A stretch of 62,149 nucleotides of DNA from Aquificaceae bacterium (GCA_039630345.1 JBCNVD010000014.1:1-62149), one strand, 5' to 3'; shown: positions 47,944-58,758, numbered from the stretch's first letter. The notes: generated by a model from the letters alone, not told the origin. Numbers and translations: made by a program.

Positions 47944-48225
47944 ATGACCAAAGCTGAGCTTATATCTTCTATCTCAAAGGGTGCTGGCATTAAGAAAAAG
48001 CAAGCGGAAGCTGCCTTGCAAGAGGTTATCAACTCCATCGCTGAGTCTCTAAAGCGCGGAGAGAGAGTCGCAATACCGGGGCTTGGGATATTTACAGTAA
48101 AGCAAAGAGCAGAGCGCAAAGGCAGAAACCCGCAAACAGGAGCGGAGCTTTTGATACCTGCAAGGAAGGTTATTAGCTTCAAACCCGCAAAAGAACTAAA
48201 AGATTCCATAGCCGGAACTTCTTGA
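47944..48225 (+). CDS. hup: HU family DNA-binding protein
   Basis: MTKAELI, GLGIF....RAERKGRNPQTG, FKPAKELK; SD GGAGG. Confidence 0.96.
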   Translation: MTKAELISSISKGAGIKKKQAEAALQEVINSIAESLKRGERVAIPGLGIFTVKQRAERKGRNPQTGAELLIPARKVISFKPAKELKDSIAGTS

Positions 48226-48902
48226 GCGCAATCTTAGGGGGCGCAAGGGAAGGTAAATACGTAAAAGTAGAGGGGGATAGGCTAAAGCACATAAGAGCTC
48301 TGAGATTTAAAAGGGGGGATGAATGTAAATTAATAGTAGAGGGCGAGCTCTTTAGGTGCAAACTTATAAAGCTGGCCAAAGATTATGTGCTTTTTGAAAC
48401 GATTGAAAGTTTAGGCAAAAGGGAGGCAAAAAGACAAATAGCTGTATTTCAGGCAATTACGGAAGATTTGAGGTTTATGGATGTTGCAATTGATGTGCTG
48501 AGTCAAGCAGGGGCAAAAGAGCTAATACCGGTTTTTGTAAAGAGAGGAATTAGCCCGAAAGTCCAGATTGATAAAAGATTGCTTCGCTGGCAGAGAATAG
48601 CGCTTGCAAGTATGCAACAATGCGAAAGGAGCGAGCCTCTTTATATCAAAGAGCCTATAAAGTTAGAGGATATATCTCCAAAGGGACAGGGAATAGCACT
48701 TAGCCTAAATGCCAAAGCAGGGATTAAGAATCTAGAGCCTACCCAGGAAATAAGCATCTTTGTAGGACCGGAGGGGGGGCTGGACTCTTCTGAAGAAGAG
48801 CTATTAGAGACCAAAGGATTTATAAAGGTGAAGCTAGAGCCATTTGTCATCAAAAGCGCCTTTGCGGGGGCTTTTGCATGCAGTATAGTGCAAAACCTCT
48901 AA
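48222..48902 (+). CDS. rsmE: 16S rRNA m3U1498 methyltransferase
   Basis: HIRALR, RWQRIA..SMQQC, FVGPEGG SPOUT motif. Confidence 0.88.
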   Translation: MSAILGGAREGKYVKVEGDRLKHIRALRFKRGDECKLIVEGELFRCKLIKLAKDYVLFETIESLGKREAKRQIAVFQAITEDLRFMDVAIDVLSQAGAKELIPVFVKRGISPKVQIDKRLLRWQRIALASMQQCERSEPLYIKEPIKLEDISPKGQGIALSLNAKAGIKNLEPTQEISIFVGPEGGLDSSEEELLETKGFIKVKLEPFVIKSAFAGAFACSIVQNL

Positions 48903-50203
48903 AGATATCAAGATTAAAAAGACCTTTAACTGGCGAGATTGACTTGCCTGCTGATAAATCCATCACTCACAGGGCAATTATGCTAGCTTCCTGCGCAAAG
49001 GGCAAGAGCGAAATAAGAAACTGGCTAGATTCTCACGACACAAGAGCGACTCTTGAAATTTTAATCTCCATAGGCACAGAGGCAACTATAGAGGACAAAA
49101 AACTCATAATTCAGGGCAAGAATATGCAATTTCAAGAGCCTAAAGATATTCTGGATGCCAAAAATTCAGGCACAAGCGCAAGATTAATTGCAGGGATTTT
49201 ATCAACTCAGAACTTTTTCAGCGTAATGACAGGAGATGAAAGTCTCAGGAAGCGCCCTATGGATAGGGTGATAGAGCCTCTTAGGCAAATGGGAGCACAA
49301 ATAGATGCAAGAGGGGGAGGAAGGTCTCTCCCCATGGCTATAAGGGGAGGAAGACTAAAAGGCATAGAATTTGAAAATAAGCGCGCTTCCGCGCAGGTAA
49401 AATCTTCCATCATTCTTGCAGGCCTTGGGGCTGAGGGAAACATCAGGGTTTTTGAGCCCATCTTATCAAGAGACCACACAGAGAGAATGCTTGGCTTTCT
49501 TGGGCTAAAAATTAAAACAGCGCAAGAGAGAGAAGGGTACTATGTGGAGCTTGAAGGAGGCCAAATAGTGCCCGGGTTTGACATAGTTTGTCCCGCAGAC
49601 CCATCCTCTGCTGCATTTTTAGCAAGCGCTGCGGCGCTTATAGAGGGGTCTAATTTGCGCCTTCGGCGCGTTTTACTAAATAAAACAAGAATTGGCTTTT
49701 TTGAAAAGCTAAGTCAGATGGGGGCAAAAGTCGCCTTTGAGAATGTCAGAGAGGAATTTGGGGACATAGTTGGGGATATAAGAGTGGAATATAGCGGGAG
49801 ATTAAAAGCAGTTGAGGTAAAACCAGAAGAAGTCCCAAGGATGATTGACGAGATTGTGATGCTGGCTGTCTTGATGGCGGTTGCAAAAGGTAGCTCTGCT
49901 GTCAGAGGCGCAAAAGAGCTAAGAGTGAAAGAGAGCGATAGAATAAAGGCCATTGTGAAAAACCTGAGAGCGATGGGGGCAGACATTGAAGAACTAGAAG
50001 ACGGGTTTGAAATTGAGGGGGTAGAGAGTCTAAAAGGGGCTTATATAGAAACTTTTTCAGACCACAGGGTTGCGATGGCTTTTAGTATAGCAGGACTTAT
50101 CGCAGATGGGGAGACATATATAGATAACCCAGACTGCGTTGGGGTCTCTTTCAGAGACTTTTATGAAAAAATTGGCCAAATAGCTGGCTTTGAAATACCT
50201 TAA
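48878..50203 (+). CDS. aroA: 3-phosphoshikimate 1-carboxyvinyltransferase
   Basis: DKSITHRA, NSGTS.RL, SLRKRPM, SAQVKS, SRDHTE, ELRVKESDRI, DHRVAM. Confidence 0.98.
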   Translation: MQYSAKPLKISRLKRPLTGEIDLPADKSITHRAIMLASCAKGKSEIRNWLDSHDTRATLEILISIGTEATIEDKKLIIQGKNMQFQEPKDILDAKNSGTSARLIAGILSTQNFFSVMTGDESLRKRPMDRVIEPLRQMGAQIDARGGGRSLPMAIRGGRLKGIEFENKRASAQVKSSIILAGLGAEGNIRVFEPILSRDHTERMLGFLGLKIKTAQEREGYYVELEGGQIVPGFDIVCPADPSSAAFLASAAALIEGSNLRLRRVLLNKTRIGFFEKLSQMGAKVAFENVREEFGDIVGDIRVEYSGRLKAVEVKPEEVPRMIDEIVMLAVLMAVAKGSSAVRGAKELRVKESDRIKAIVKNLRAMGADIEELEDGFEIEGVESLKGAYIETFSDHRVAMAFSIAGLIADGETYIDNPDCVGVSFRDFYEKIGQIAGFEIP

Positions 50204-50213
50204 TATTTTTACC

Positions 50214-50693
50214 GTGGTAAATACCAGAAAAGCTCTGCCTTCGGATGCGGGGCAGATATATAGTCTTGTAAATTACTATGCCCCTCGTGGAATCTTGCTT
50301 GGTAGAAGTCTTAGCTCTATTTACGAAAACATCAGGGATTTCTGGGTGGTGGATGTTCAGGAGAGCATCCTTGGATGCTGTGCTTTGCATATAGTTTGGG
50401 AAGACCTTGCAGAGATAAAGAGCCTTGCGGTAAAGGAAGAGCACTACGGCAAGGGCATAGGCAGTGCGCTCATAATAGCATCATTAAAAGAAGCCAGTGA
50501 GCTTGGCATAAAGAAGGTTTTTGTTCTTACGTATGCAGTTAGTTTTTTTGAAAGATTTGGTTTTAAAATTGTGGAAAAGTCTTTTTTGCCCCATAAGGTA
50601 TGGGGAGAATGTGTTAATTGCGTTAAGTTTCCCTCCTGTGATGAAGTTGCGATGATTTTAGAGGTTAAAGAATGCAGTTTCGCTACATTATAG
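50214..50693 (+). CDS. Short GNAT N-acetyltransferase (amino-acid N-acetyltransferase ArgA-like)
   Basis: LL.RSL..IYENIRDF, LAEIKSLAV, G.GIG, LT....FF, LPHKVW.EC..C.K...CDE; GTG at 50214 preferred. Confidence 0.85.
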   Translation: MVNTRKALPSDAGQIYSLVNYYAPRGILLGRSLSSIYENIRDFWVVDVQESILGCCALHIVWEDLAEIKSLAVKEEHYGKGIGSALIIASLKEASELGIKKVFVLTYAVSFFERFGFKIVEKSFLPHKVWGECVNCVKFPSCDEVAMILEVKECSFATL

Positions 50694-52402
50694 AACCAGA
50701 AGATTTAAAAAAGGTCCTGCAAGAGCTCTCTGGAGAGAAGGTATTATTTATAGACACAGAAGTAGGGGCTTCAAAGCTCAGACTCTTTCAAGTAAGCGCA
50801 AAAGAAGGAGAAGTTTATATTATAGATGTTTTTGAGCTTGGCAAACAGGCTCTGGAGACTATAAGAGAGCTCTTAAAAAATAGCGGGGTGGTTGGGCATA
50901 ACCTGAAGTTTGACCTGAGGTTTTTACTTGAGGAGGGTATTAAGCCACTTGCTACTTATGATACGATGATAGCCCATCAACTACTTGGGGGAGAAGAGCA
51001 TGTAAAGAGGGCTTCTTTAAGAGAAGTAGCGCGCGAGCATCTTGGCAAAATTGTAGACAAAAGCCTTCAGCTATCTGACTGGAGCATGAAAAATCTAACA
51101 AGAGAACAGCTAGAGTATGCTGCAAACGATGTTATTTTGGTAAGAGAGCTCTTCCCGGTTCTTAATTCAAAGCTAAATAATATTTCAGAAAACGGCATAA
51201 ATTTGAAAGAAATCCCTGAAGCTCAAGTCTTTGATATTAAAAATCCCGCTGTAGCCGTTGAAATGGCTTTTGTAAAGGAGATAACCCTTCTTGAAATGAA
51301 TGGTATACCAATAAACGAACAGGAGCTTGAAAGACTAACTCAAGAGCTTAGTAAAAGCCTTAACAAAAAAGTTATGAACTTTATAAGCCTTCATAGAGTT
51401 GACCCTTTTTCTCCAAAGCAACTATCTGAGCTTTTCACAAAAAAACTAAAACTGGATTTGCCAAAGACAGAAAAGGGAAATGTATCAACTGATGATAAAG
51501 CCCTTGCCCAGCACATAGATATCCCTGCAATAGAGAGCCTTTTGGAAATAAGGAGCTCTAAAAAGAGCATAGAAAAACTTCAGGAAATAAAGCAAAACCT
51601 AAAAAATGGCAGAATCTACCCTGAATTTAAGCAAATAGGGGCAATAACTGGCAGGATGTCTAGTTATAACCCAAATGTGCAAAACATATCAAGAGATTTA
51701 AGACACATATTTCAAGCAAATAACGGGAACATACTAGTTGTGGCAGACTTTTCTCAAATTGAGCTAAGGATTGCCTGCGAATATGTTGGCGAAGATAAGA
51801 TGCTAAGAGCCCTCAAAGAGGGCATTGACTTACACAGATACACCGCAAGTATATTGCTATCAAAGCCAGCTTCTGATATTTCAAAGCAGGAGCGACAGCT
51901 TGCAAAAGCGGTTAACTTTGGGCTCATCTACGGCATATCCGCAAAAGGACTGGTTGAATACGCACGCACTTACGGGGTTAAGCTATCCCAAACAGATGCC
52001 CAGCGCCTTCGTGAGGGATTTTTTGCACACTATAACGCCATTAAACAATGGCATGAAAAGGTCAAAACACAACTCAAAGAGCATGGACATATCAGAGGTC
52101 AAACACTTCTTGGGAGGTATTACATTGCCCAGACATTTCCTGATGCGGTTAATTATCCAATTCAGGGCACAGGCGCAGACCTTCTTAAGCTGTCTGTAGT
52201 GCTCTTTAGGAGAAAAGACCAGGATAGGGCAAAGGTTATAAATTTAGTTCACGACGAGATCGTGGTAGAATGCCCAGAAGATAAAGCAGATATTGTCTCG
52301 GAAAACTTAAAAGAAGCCATGCTGGATGCAGGTTCAAGAATTTTGAAAAATGTCCCTATCGAGGTAGAGCTATCTATAGCTAAAAGCTGGAAAAAAGACT
52401 AA
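50672..52402 (+). CDS. polA: Family A DNA polymerase (3'-5' exonuclease plus polymerase; no 5'-3' nuclease domain)
   Basis: ExoI FIDTE, ExoII GHNLKFD, ExoIII YAANDV; motif A ADFSQIELR, motif B RQLAKAVNFGLIYG, motif C VHDEI. Confidence 0.95.
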   Translation: MQFRYIIEPEDLKKVLQELSGEKVLFIDTEVGASKLRLFQVSAKEGEVYIIDVFELGKQALETIRELLKNSGVVGHNLKFDLRFLLEEGIKPLATYDTMIAHQLLGGEEHVKRASLREVAREHLGKIVDKSLQLSDWSMKNLTREQLEYAANDVILVRELFPVLNSKLNNISENGINLKEIPEAQVFDIKNPAVAVEMAFVKEITLLEMNGIPINEQELERLTQELSKSLNKKVMNFISLHRVDPFSPKQLSELFTKKLKLDLPKTEKGNVSTDDKALAQHIDIPAIESLLEIRSSKKSIEKLQEIKQNLKNGRIYPEFKQIGAITGRMSSYNPNVQNISRDLRHIFQANNGNILVVADFSQIELRIACEYVGEDKMLRALKEGIDLHRYTASILLSKPASDISKQERQLAKAVNFGLIYGISAKGLVEYARTYGVKLSQTDAQRLREGFFAHYNAIKQWHEKVKTQLKEHGHIRGQTLLGRYYIAQTFPDAVNYPIQGTGADLLKLSVVLFRRKDQDRAKVINLVHDEIVVECPEDKADIVSENLKEAMLDAGSRILKNVPIEVELSIAKSWKKD

Positions 52403-54468
52403 ACGAGCATAAGCTCAAGTTTTGCTCTCTCTTCGTTTATACCAGCGACAAGAACTCTAACCCTATCGCCAAGACGAAAGACCTTTCCAGAGCGAACTCC
52501 AACAAGGCGATGCGCAGGTTCATCAAATAGATAATGGTCGTTTTTGAGAGTAGATATATTAACAAGCCCTTCAACAAGAAACTGGCTAATTTCTACGAAA
52601 AATCCCGACGGGATAACCCCTGTAATAATGCCGTCAAATTCGTAACCTACATAAGCCCTCATAAACCTAACTTTTAATCTGTCTATGGCTTCTCTTTCTG
52701 CATCTTCTGATAACTTTTCTTGAAGAGAAAGATGCTCTCCAAGAGATTCAAGCTGATAAATTACTTTTTTAAAATCTATTTGCTCTTTTTCAAGAGACTT
52801 TTTAACGAGTCTATGGACAACAAGGTCTGCATATCTTCTAATCGGCGAGGTAAAGTGAGTGTAGTGCTCGCTGGCTAAACCAAAATGCCCGACATTATGC
52901 GGCGAATAATGAGCTCTTTTCATAGAACGAAGGGTTAAAAACCTCACCAGGTTCTCTTCTGGCCTTGATTCAAAGTCTTCCAGGATTTTTTGAAAAAACC
53001 TCGATTGCAAAGTAGCTGTCTCTGCTCTATATCCAAGACCTGATAGAATTTCTATCAGCTTTTGAACCTTTTCCGGATCTGGCTGCTCGTGAACTCTAAA
53101 AAGACATGGATATCCAGACTTTAAAAGGTGCATTGCGACAACTTCGTTGCATTGAACCATAAACTGCTCGATTATTCTGTGGGTTATGTGGCGCTGATAT
53201 GGCTCTACTGCGACCACTTCCCCGAATTCATCTACAATCAACTCAGTCTCAGGAAGGTCAAAATCGATGCTCCCTCTTTCCCATCTTCTATGCGAAAGCA
53301 AACGATACAAATCCTCCATAATCCTAAGACTTTGTGAAATTCCGCTCACAGGCTCTTTTTCACTATTTAGTAAAATCTCAAGAGCCTGGTCGTAAGTTAG
53401 GCGTGCTTTGCTTACTATTACGCTTTGATATAGCTCGTAGCTTCTTAGGTTTCCACCATTGTCAAATTCCATCTCGCATGTCATCGCAAGCCTTGGAAGA
53501 TTAGGCACAAGGCTACAAAGATCCGAAGAGAGCTTTTCAGGTAGCATATGCAGGGCTCTGCCGGGCAAGTAAAAGGTAAACCCGCGCGCAAGGGCTTCTT
53601 TGTCAATGGCACTATTTTCTTCTACGAAAGCAGAAACATCCGCAATATGCACAAAGAGTCTATAGCCATTACCTAGCTTCTCAATCCCTACAGCGTCGTC
53701 AAAATCTTTTGCGCTTGGCGGGTCTATGGTAAAGCAAAGCTGGTCTCTCAAATCCCGCCTTTTGGATAGCTCTTTTTCTATATCAAACTCTAAAGACTCT
53801 ATCTCCTCAAGAGCCTCCTGGGGATATTTGACCCTGAGATTGTATTTCCTGATAATCAGTTCTAATATAAGGTTTTGTTCCTGTGGATGACCAAGGACCT
53901 CTTTGACGCTACCTGTGAAAAAACCCAGTTTTTTATAAAATCTGCCAAGTTTAACAACAAGCAAAGTACCCTCTTTTAATTTTGAACAAAAGGATTTGGA
54001 TATCTGAATCTTCTGATGAGGACTGTGACCAACAGGGACAGCAAAACAGCCACTTTCTGTCTTTAGTAAAGAGCAGGTAATCTCCTTTCTCGCTCTTTTT
54101 AATACCTTTAAAATCCTGGCTTCTGTTTTACCCCTGAAAATTACAGCCTTTGCACTTACTAAATCCCCATCAAAAACCCTGTTCATCTCAAAAGGGGGTA
54201 TGTAAATGTCTTTTATATCTTTACCGATTTGCAAAAAGCCAAATCCGCCCTGATAAGCAAGGACTTTCCCAATAAAATGTTGAGACTGCTCGGTTCTAAA
54301 TTTGCCCTTCTCCACAACAACTTTTCCGCTCTTTCTTAAGGCTCTTAAAGTTTTTTTTAAAGTCTTTCTCTGGTTTCCCTCAAGACCCAAAAATCGCATA
54401 AGCTCTTCAAAGTGAAGGATGCCCTTTTTGGACAAAATTTCAAGGATTCGCCCTTCAAGGTCTTTCAT
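52399..54468 (-). CDS. rnr: Ribonuclease R
   Basis: FTIDPPSAKDFDDA, HIADVS, FRVHE.P, HFGLA..HYTHFTSPIRRYADL, C-terminal S1 domain. Confidence 0.96.
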   Translation of the reverse strand: MKDLEGRILEILSKKGILHFEELMRFLGLEGNQRKTLKKTLRALRKSGKVVVEKGKFRTEQSQHFIGKVLAYQGGFGFLQIGKDIKDIYIPPFEMNRVFDGDLVSAKAVIFRGKTEARILKVLKRARKEITCSLLKTESGCFAVPVGHSPHQKIQISKSFCSKLKEGTLLVVKLGRFYKKLGFFTGSVKEVLGHPQEQNLILELIIRKYNLRVKYPQEALEEIESLEFDIEKELSKRRDLRDQLCFTIDPPSAKDFDDAVGIEKLGNGYRLFVHIADVSAFVEENSAIDKEALARGFTFYLPGRALHMLPEKLSSDLCSLVPNLPRLAMTCEMEFDNGGNLRSYELYQSVIVSKARLTYDQALEILLNSEKEPVSGISQSLRIMEDLYRLLSHRRWERGSIDFDLPETELIVDEFGEVVAVEPYQRHITHRIIEQFMVQCNEVVAMHLLKSGYPCLFRVHEQPDPEKVQKLIEILSGLGYRAETATLQSRFFQKILEDFESRPEENLVRFLTLRSMKRAHYSPHNVGHFGLASEHYTHFTSPIRRYADLVVHRLVKKSLEKEQIDFKKVIYQLESLGEHLSLQEKLSEDAEREAIDRLKVRFMRAYVGYEFDGIITGVIPSGFFVEISQFLVEGLVNISTLKNDHYLFDEPAHRLVGVRSGKVFRLGDRVRVLVAGINEERAKLELMLV

Positions 54469-57202
54469 ATAGCTTCTCTAAAGCCCTTGCACAGCGTCTG
54501 CAAACCTCTCCCTCAAACTCTTCTTCGTAATAATACATCCAGCAACGCGGACACTTATGTCCGTTTACTCTATCTACCCCGGCTGATATATCAATATCTT
54601 TCTCATAGTTTATGTAATTTCCCCCTCTTGATAGCTCAACTTTACTAACGCCAAGAAAGTGATTTATATAATCAAAATACTTCTCAATAACTGCTACATT
54701 ACCAGACAGATAAACTTTGGCCTCATAAGAGTGGTTTATGAGTTTATCTCTTCTGGCAAGCTCAAGCGACTTTAAAACCGCCTCTCTTATCTTAAAAAGC
54801 TCCTGATAATCTCTTAACAAATCATTGTCTTTTAAATCTTCAGAAGCTCCTGGCAACTTATGGAGAAATACGCTCCTTGGCAGGGAGCTATTAACCGCTC
54901 TTAAGTGTTGCCATGCTTCTTCCGCGGTAAAGCTAAGAAAAGGGGCAATTGTGCATATGAGTGCTTCGGATATTAAATAAATCGCGCTTTGCGCGCTTTT
55001 TCTTTCAAAACTATCCAATTCAGATACATATAACCTGTCTTTTACTATATCAAAGTAAATACTTGAGAGTTCTATAGAGCAAAAGTTCCTGACCCTGTGA
55101 TATACTCTTTGTAAAAGATAGCTATCATAAGCCTCATGTATATCTTTTAAAAAATCCTGAAGGGTGGATACTATCCATCTGTCAAAGTGATGCATTCTGC
55201 TAAATTCAACAGCCTGAGTTATGTCAAAATCATATAAATTGCCAAGAGCAAATCTTATTGTGTTTCTTATCTTTTTGTAATCTTCAGTAATTTGATGCAG
55301 GACGTTTTTACCAAGTTTTACATCCTGAGTGTAGTCTTCAGATACGCACCAGAGCCTTAGTATATCAGCCCCAAGGGAAGATATAACCTCAGATGGAGCA
55401 ACGACATTTCCAAGCGACTTTGACATCTTTCTCCCATTTTCATCAACCACAAATCCGTGAGTCAAAACTGCCTTATAAGGGGCTTTGCCATAACTTGCAA
55501 CAGATTCAAGCAAGGAAGCCTGAAACCAGCCTCTATGCTGGTCTGAACCCTCAAGATACAAATCTGCTTTTTCTATGCCTGATTTTCTCAGGACAAAAGC
55601 ATGGGAAGAGCCTGAGTCAAACCAAACATCCAGAATATCTTCCTCTTTATAAAAGTGCCTGCTTCCGCACTTTGGACATTCAAAGCCTTCAGGGAGCAAA
55701 TCTTCTACCTTTAACTCAAACCAGATATCCGCACCAAGGGGATTACTCTCTACAAGATTTGCAACCTTTTCAAAAAGCCACTCATCGCTGATAATATGAT
55801 TGCAGGAACTACAATACAAAACAGTTATAGGAACCCCCCAGAACCTCTGGCGGGAAATGCACCAATCTGGCCTTACTTCAATCATTGATCTTATCCGGTT
55901 TTGCCCGCTACTTGGTATCCAGCTAACTTCTTGAGTCTCTTTAAGGAGTTTTTCTCTAAAGCCCTCTACATCCAGCGATATAAACCACTGGGAGGTAGCC
56001 CTGAAAATAACCGGGTTTTTACACCTCCAGCAATGTGGATATGAGTGCTCTATCTGTCCTTGATGTAGCAAAAGACCCTTTGCCTTTAAAAACTCTATAA
56101 TCTCTCTGTTTGCGTCAAAAACCCTCAGCCCTTTTAAAAACTCAGGGACATCATTTATAAATCTCCCCTCATCGTCCACCGGGGCAAAAGGCTCAATTGA
56201 AAACCTTCGCCCAACCACATAATCCTCACGACCATGCCCGGGTGCCATATGAACCAGTCCACTTCCGGTCTCAAGTTCTACAAACTCTGAAGGGTAAACC
56301 CTGGCCACCTGACCGCTTATTGGGCTTATGTATTTGCTACCAACTAAATCAGCCCCTTTTAAAACTTTCAAAACCCTGCCCTCCAATCCAAGTTCTGATT
56401 TAAGTCTCTCAAGAGCCTCAAGTGCAAATATCAAAGTTCCGTGATTTGGCGTATCAAAAACCACATATTCAAAATCCTCCCCTACCATAACCCCCATGTT
56501 TGCAGGCAATGTCCATGGGGTTGTGGTCCATATTAGTAGATGCTCGCCCGAAAGTGTAGGGAATTTAACATAAATGCTTGGGTCTTTTTTTATGTGGTAT
56601 TCAACCTCGGCCTCTGCCTCTGCGGTTTTGTCATAAATGCACCAATAAACTGGTTTTTTGCTCCTTACTACAAGCCCGTTTTTAAATACCCTTCCAAGCT
56701 CGCGAATTTCCTGAGATTGAAACCTTGGATCCATCGTCAGGTATGGATTTGACCAATCTGCCAAAATTCCAAGGCGCTTAAACTCTTCTCTCTGGATGTT
56801 TACAAAAGAGAGCGCAAACTCCCTGCAACGCTTTCTAAATTCCAGCTTCCCCACCGACTCTTTGCTTAAGCCTTCATTTGCAAGAAGCTTCTCAACCTGT
56901 TGCTCTATAGGAAGCCCATGACAGTCCCACCCTGGCACAAAGTGGGGTCTAAACCCCGAAAGCACCTTAAACTTCAAAATAACATCCTTTAGCACCTTAT
57001 TTAGCACATGCCCGACATGGATGTGTCCATTTGCATAAGGCGGCCCATCGTGCAAAACAAACATCTCCCTGCTTTTATCCATAGAGAGCTCCTCATAAAG
57101 CCCCTCCCAGTTTTTTGCAATCTCTGGCTCTCTCTTTGGCAAGTTTGCCTTCATAGGAAAGTCCGTGCGGGGCAAATTAAGGCTTTTTGAATAATCAAGC
57201 AT
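54455..57202 (-). CDS. ileS: Isoleucine--tRNA ligase
   Basis: HDGPPYANG.IHVGH, GWDCHGLPIE, WTTTPWT, DWCISRQR, EGSDQHRGWFQ, KMSKS, C-terminal CPRCW zinc finger. Confidence 0.98.
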   Translation of the reverse strand: MLDYSKSLNLPRTDFPMKANLPKREPEIAKNWEGLYEELSMDKSREMFVLHDGPPYANGHIHVGHVLNKVLKDVILKFKVLSGFRPHFVPGWDCHGLPIEQQVEKLLANEGLSKESVGKLEFRKRCREFALSFVNIQREEFKRLGILADWSNPYLTMDPRFQSQEIRELGRVFKNGLVVRSKKPVYWCIYDKTAEAEAEVEYHIKKDPSIYVKFPTLSGEHLLIWTTTPWTLPANMGVMVGEDFEYVVFDTPNHGTLIFALEALERLKSELGLEGRVLKVLKGADLVGSKYISPISGQVARVYPSEFVELETGSGLVHMAPGHGREDYVVGRRFSIEPFAPVDDEGRFINDVPEFLKGLRVFDANREIIEFLKAKGLLLHQGQIEHSYPHCWRCKNPVIFRATSQWFISLDVEGFREKLLKETQEVSWIPSSGQNRIRSMIEVRPDWCISRQRFWGVPITVLYCSSCNHIISDEWLFEKVANLVESNPLGADIWFELKVEDLLPEGFECPKCGSRHFYKEEDILDVWFDSGSSHAFVLRKSGIEKADLYLEGSDQHRGWFQASLLESVASYGKAPYKAVLTHGFVVDENGRKMSKSLGNVVAPSEVISSLGADILRLWCVSEDYTQDVKLGKNVLHQITEDYKKIRNTIRFALGNLYDFDITQAVEFSRMHHFDRWIVSTLQDFLKDIHEAYDSYLLQRVYHRVRNFCSIELSSIYFDIVKDRLYVSELDSFERKSAQSAIYLISEALICTIAPFLSFTAEEAWQHLRAVNSSLPRSVFLHKLPGASEDLKDNDLLRDYQELFKIREAVLKSLELARRDKLINHSYEAKVYLSGNVAVIEKYFDYINHFLGVSKVELSRGGNYINYEKDIDISAGVDRVNGHKCPRCWMYYYEEEFEGEVCRRCARALEKLYERP

Positions 57203-57220
57203 GGGATTAAAATTATAAAA

Positions 57221-58183
57221 GTGAATATCATAAAGCGCGGGCTTTCAGCCCGCAAAGAAGTACACATCATGGGCTCTGACCAGCGCATAGTGCGCTGTGC
57301 CAGGGTTTCTTTCGCCAAAGACGAAATAATAGACAAAGAGCGCGACATAAAACTAATAAGCTACCTATACAAAAACCGCCACGCATCCCCTTTTGAGCAC
57401 ATCATCATAGCCTTCAACGCACAGTGGGAAGAATACATAGACATCTTAAAAAGGGCTCAAAACCCTGCAATAAACATCCACTACTCTGAAGGATATATCT
57501 GGCTCAACTTTAGGCAGTTTTTAAACCTCTTTGATTTGATCCCTGAGGATATCCACCTTGCCCTGAAAGAAAAACTCCCGGCAACTTATTCGATAATAAA
57601 TGGCAAAACCCCAGAAGAATACTCAAAAGACGAAAGCTACATAAGGGAAAAAAAGACCGCAGAATGCGGATGGGTAGGACTCGTTGATAAGCTCGAACTA
57701 AATTCAAAGATGGATACTTACACTTTTATAATTGAGTGCCCCCTGTTTGTCGCCCGTCAGTGGCAAAGGCATAGATTCGGAAGTTTTAACGAACTTAGCA
57801 GGAGATACACAAGCATAGAGCCAGAGTTTTATATCCCAAAAGCTCTAAGAGTTCAATCTAAATTAAACAAACAGGCATCTTTAGAAGAATATCTGCCCGA
57901 AGAAATCTCAAAGGACTTAATTGGGGAGATAAAATCCATCACCGATAGAGCTCTAAATATCTACAACAAAATGCTATCTATGGGCACAGCCAGAGAGATA
58001 GCAAGAGGGGTTTTGCCACTGTCTTTAAAAACCAGGTTTTACTGGACAGTTCCAAGAATCTCGCTGGATAACTTTTTAAGTCTTAGACTGAGCGAAAGCG
58101 CCCAGAGCGAAATAAGGAGCTTGGCCTCTTTGATCATGGATATAGCAGGCTATAGAGGGCTGGATAAACTTACGCGCCTATAG
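57221..58183 (+). CDS. thyX: FAD-dependent thymidylate synthase (enlarged form)
   Basis: [59 protein letters not shown]. Confidence 0.93.
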   Translation: MNIIKRGLSARKEVHIMGSDQRIVRCARVSFAKDEIIDKERDIKLISYLYKNRHASPFEHIIIAFNAQWEEYIDILKRAQNPAINIHYSEGYIWLNFRQFLNLFDLIPEDIHLALKEKLPATYSIINGKTPEEYSKDESYIREKKTAECGWVGLVDKLELNSKMDTYTFIIECPLFVARQWQRHRFGSFNELSRRYTSIEPEFYIPKALRVQSKLNKQASLEEYLPEEISKDLIGEIKSITDRALNIYNKMLSMGTAREIARGVLPLSLKTRFYWTVPRISLDNFLSLRLSESAQSEIRSLASLIMDIAGYRGLDKLTRL

Positions 58184-58427
58184 GGACAACGCTTGCTAGC
58201 TTTTTGCCACGCCTTGTTTCAAATCTAACTATTCCCTCTATGAGCGCAAAGAGCGTAAAGTCAGAGCCCATGCCGACGTTTTTACCCGGGTAGATTTTTG
58301 TGCCCCTTTGGCGAACTATTATGGTGCCGGCTTTTACTATTTGTCCATCGTGCCTTTTCACCCCAAGCCGTTTGGATGTGCTGTCTCTGCCGTTTCTTGT
58401 TGAACCTCCGCTTGCCTTTGATGCCAT
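58170..58427 (-). CDS. rpmA: 50S ribosomal protein L27
   Basis: [31 protein letters not shown]. Confidence 0.98.
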   Translation of the reverse strand: MASKASGGSTRNGRDSTSKRLGVKRHDGQIVKAGTIIVRQRGTKIYPGKNVGMGSDFTLFALIEGIVRFETRRGKKLASVVPIGA

Positions 58428-58429
58428 AT

Positions 58430-58726
58430 TTAATCCTCCAGAATTTTCTCTATTTTGATGGTAGTTAGCTCCTGCCTATGACCCCTCAGGCGCTTGTAGT
58501 TTTTCTTGGCTCTGAATTTAAAAACCAAAACCTTTTTAGATTTTGAGTGCTTTAGCACCTTTGCCAATACCTTGCCTGAGCGCAGGTTAATGCCCTTTTC
58601 AGAAAATATAGCAAGGGGCTTTAGCTCAAGCTCCTGACCTATCTGGTAACTAAGCTTTTCAACCTCAAGTATGGAGCCTTCGTTTACCCTATATTGTTTT
58701 CCGCCTGTTTGAATAACAGCATACAT
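58430..58726 (-). CDS. rplU: 50S ribosomal protein L21
   Basis: [25 protein letters not shown]. Confidence 0.98.
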   Translation of the reverse strand: MYAVIQTGGKQYRVNEGSILEVEKLSYQIGQELELKPLAIFSEKGINLRSGKVLAKVLKHSKSKKVLVFKFRAKKNYKRLRGHRQELTTIKIEKILED

Positions 58727-58742
58727 CTTTATCTACCGCTAA

Positions 58743-58758
58743 GGGCCCTATAGGGCCC
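58743..58758. other. Perfect palindrome/hairpin between the Gln-rich lipoprotein gene and rplU
   Basis: GGGCCC-TATA-GGGCCC (self-complementary 16-mer). Confidence 0.6.

Noticed and set aside
57237..57253. Hairpin GCGGGCT-TTC-AGCCCGC near the thyX start
   Set aside because: A short stem inside the probable coding region with no U-tract; not enough evidence to assign a function.
57400..57720. Intein in ThyX
   Set aside because: No C-terminal His-Asn followed by Cys/Ser/Thr and no homing-endonuclease motifs. The insert looks ThyX-like instead.
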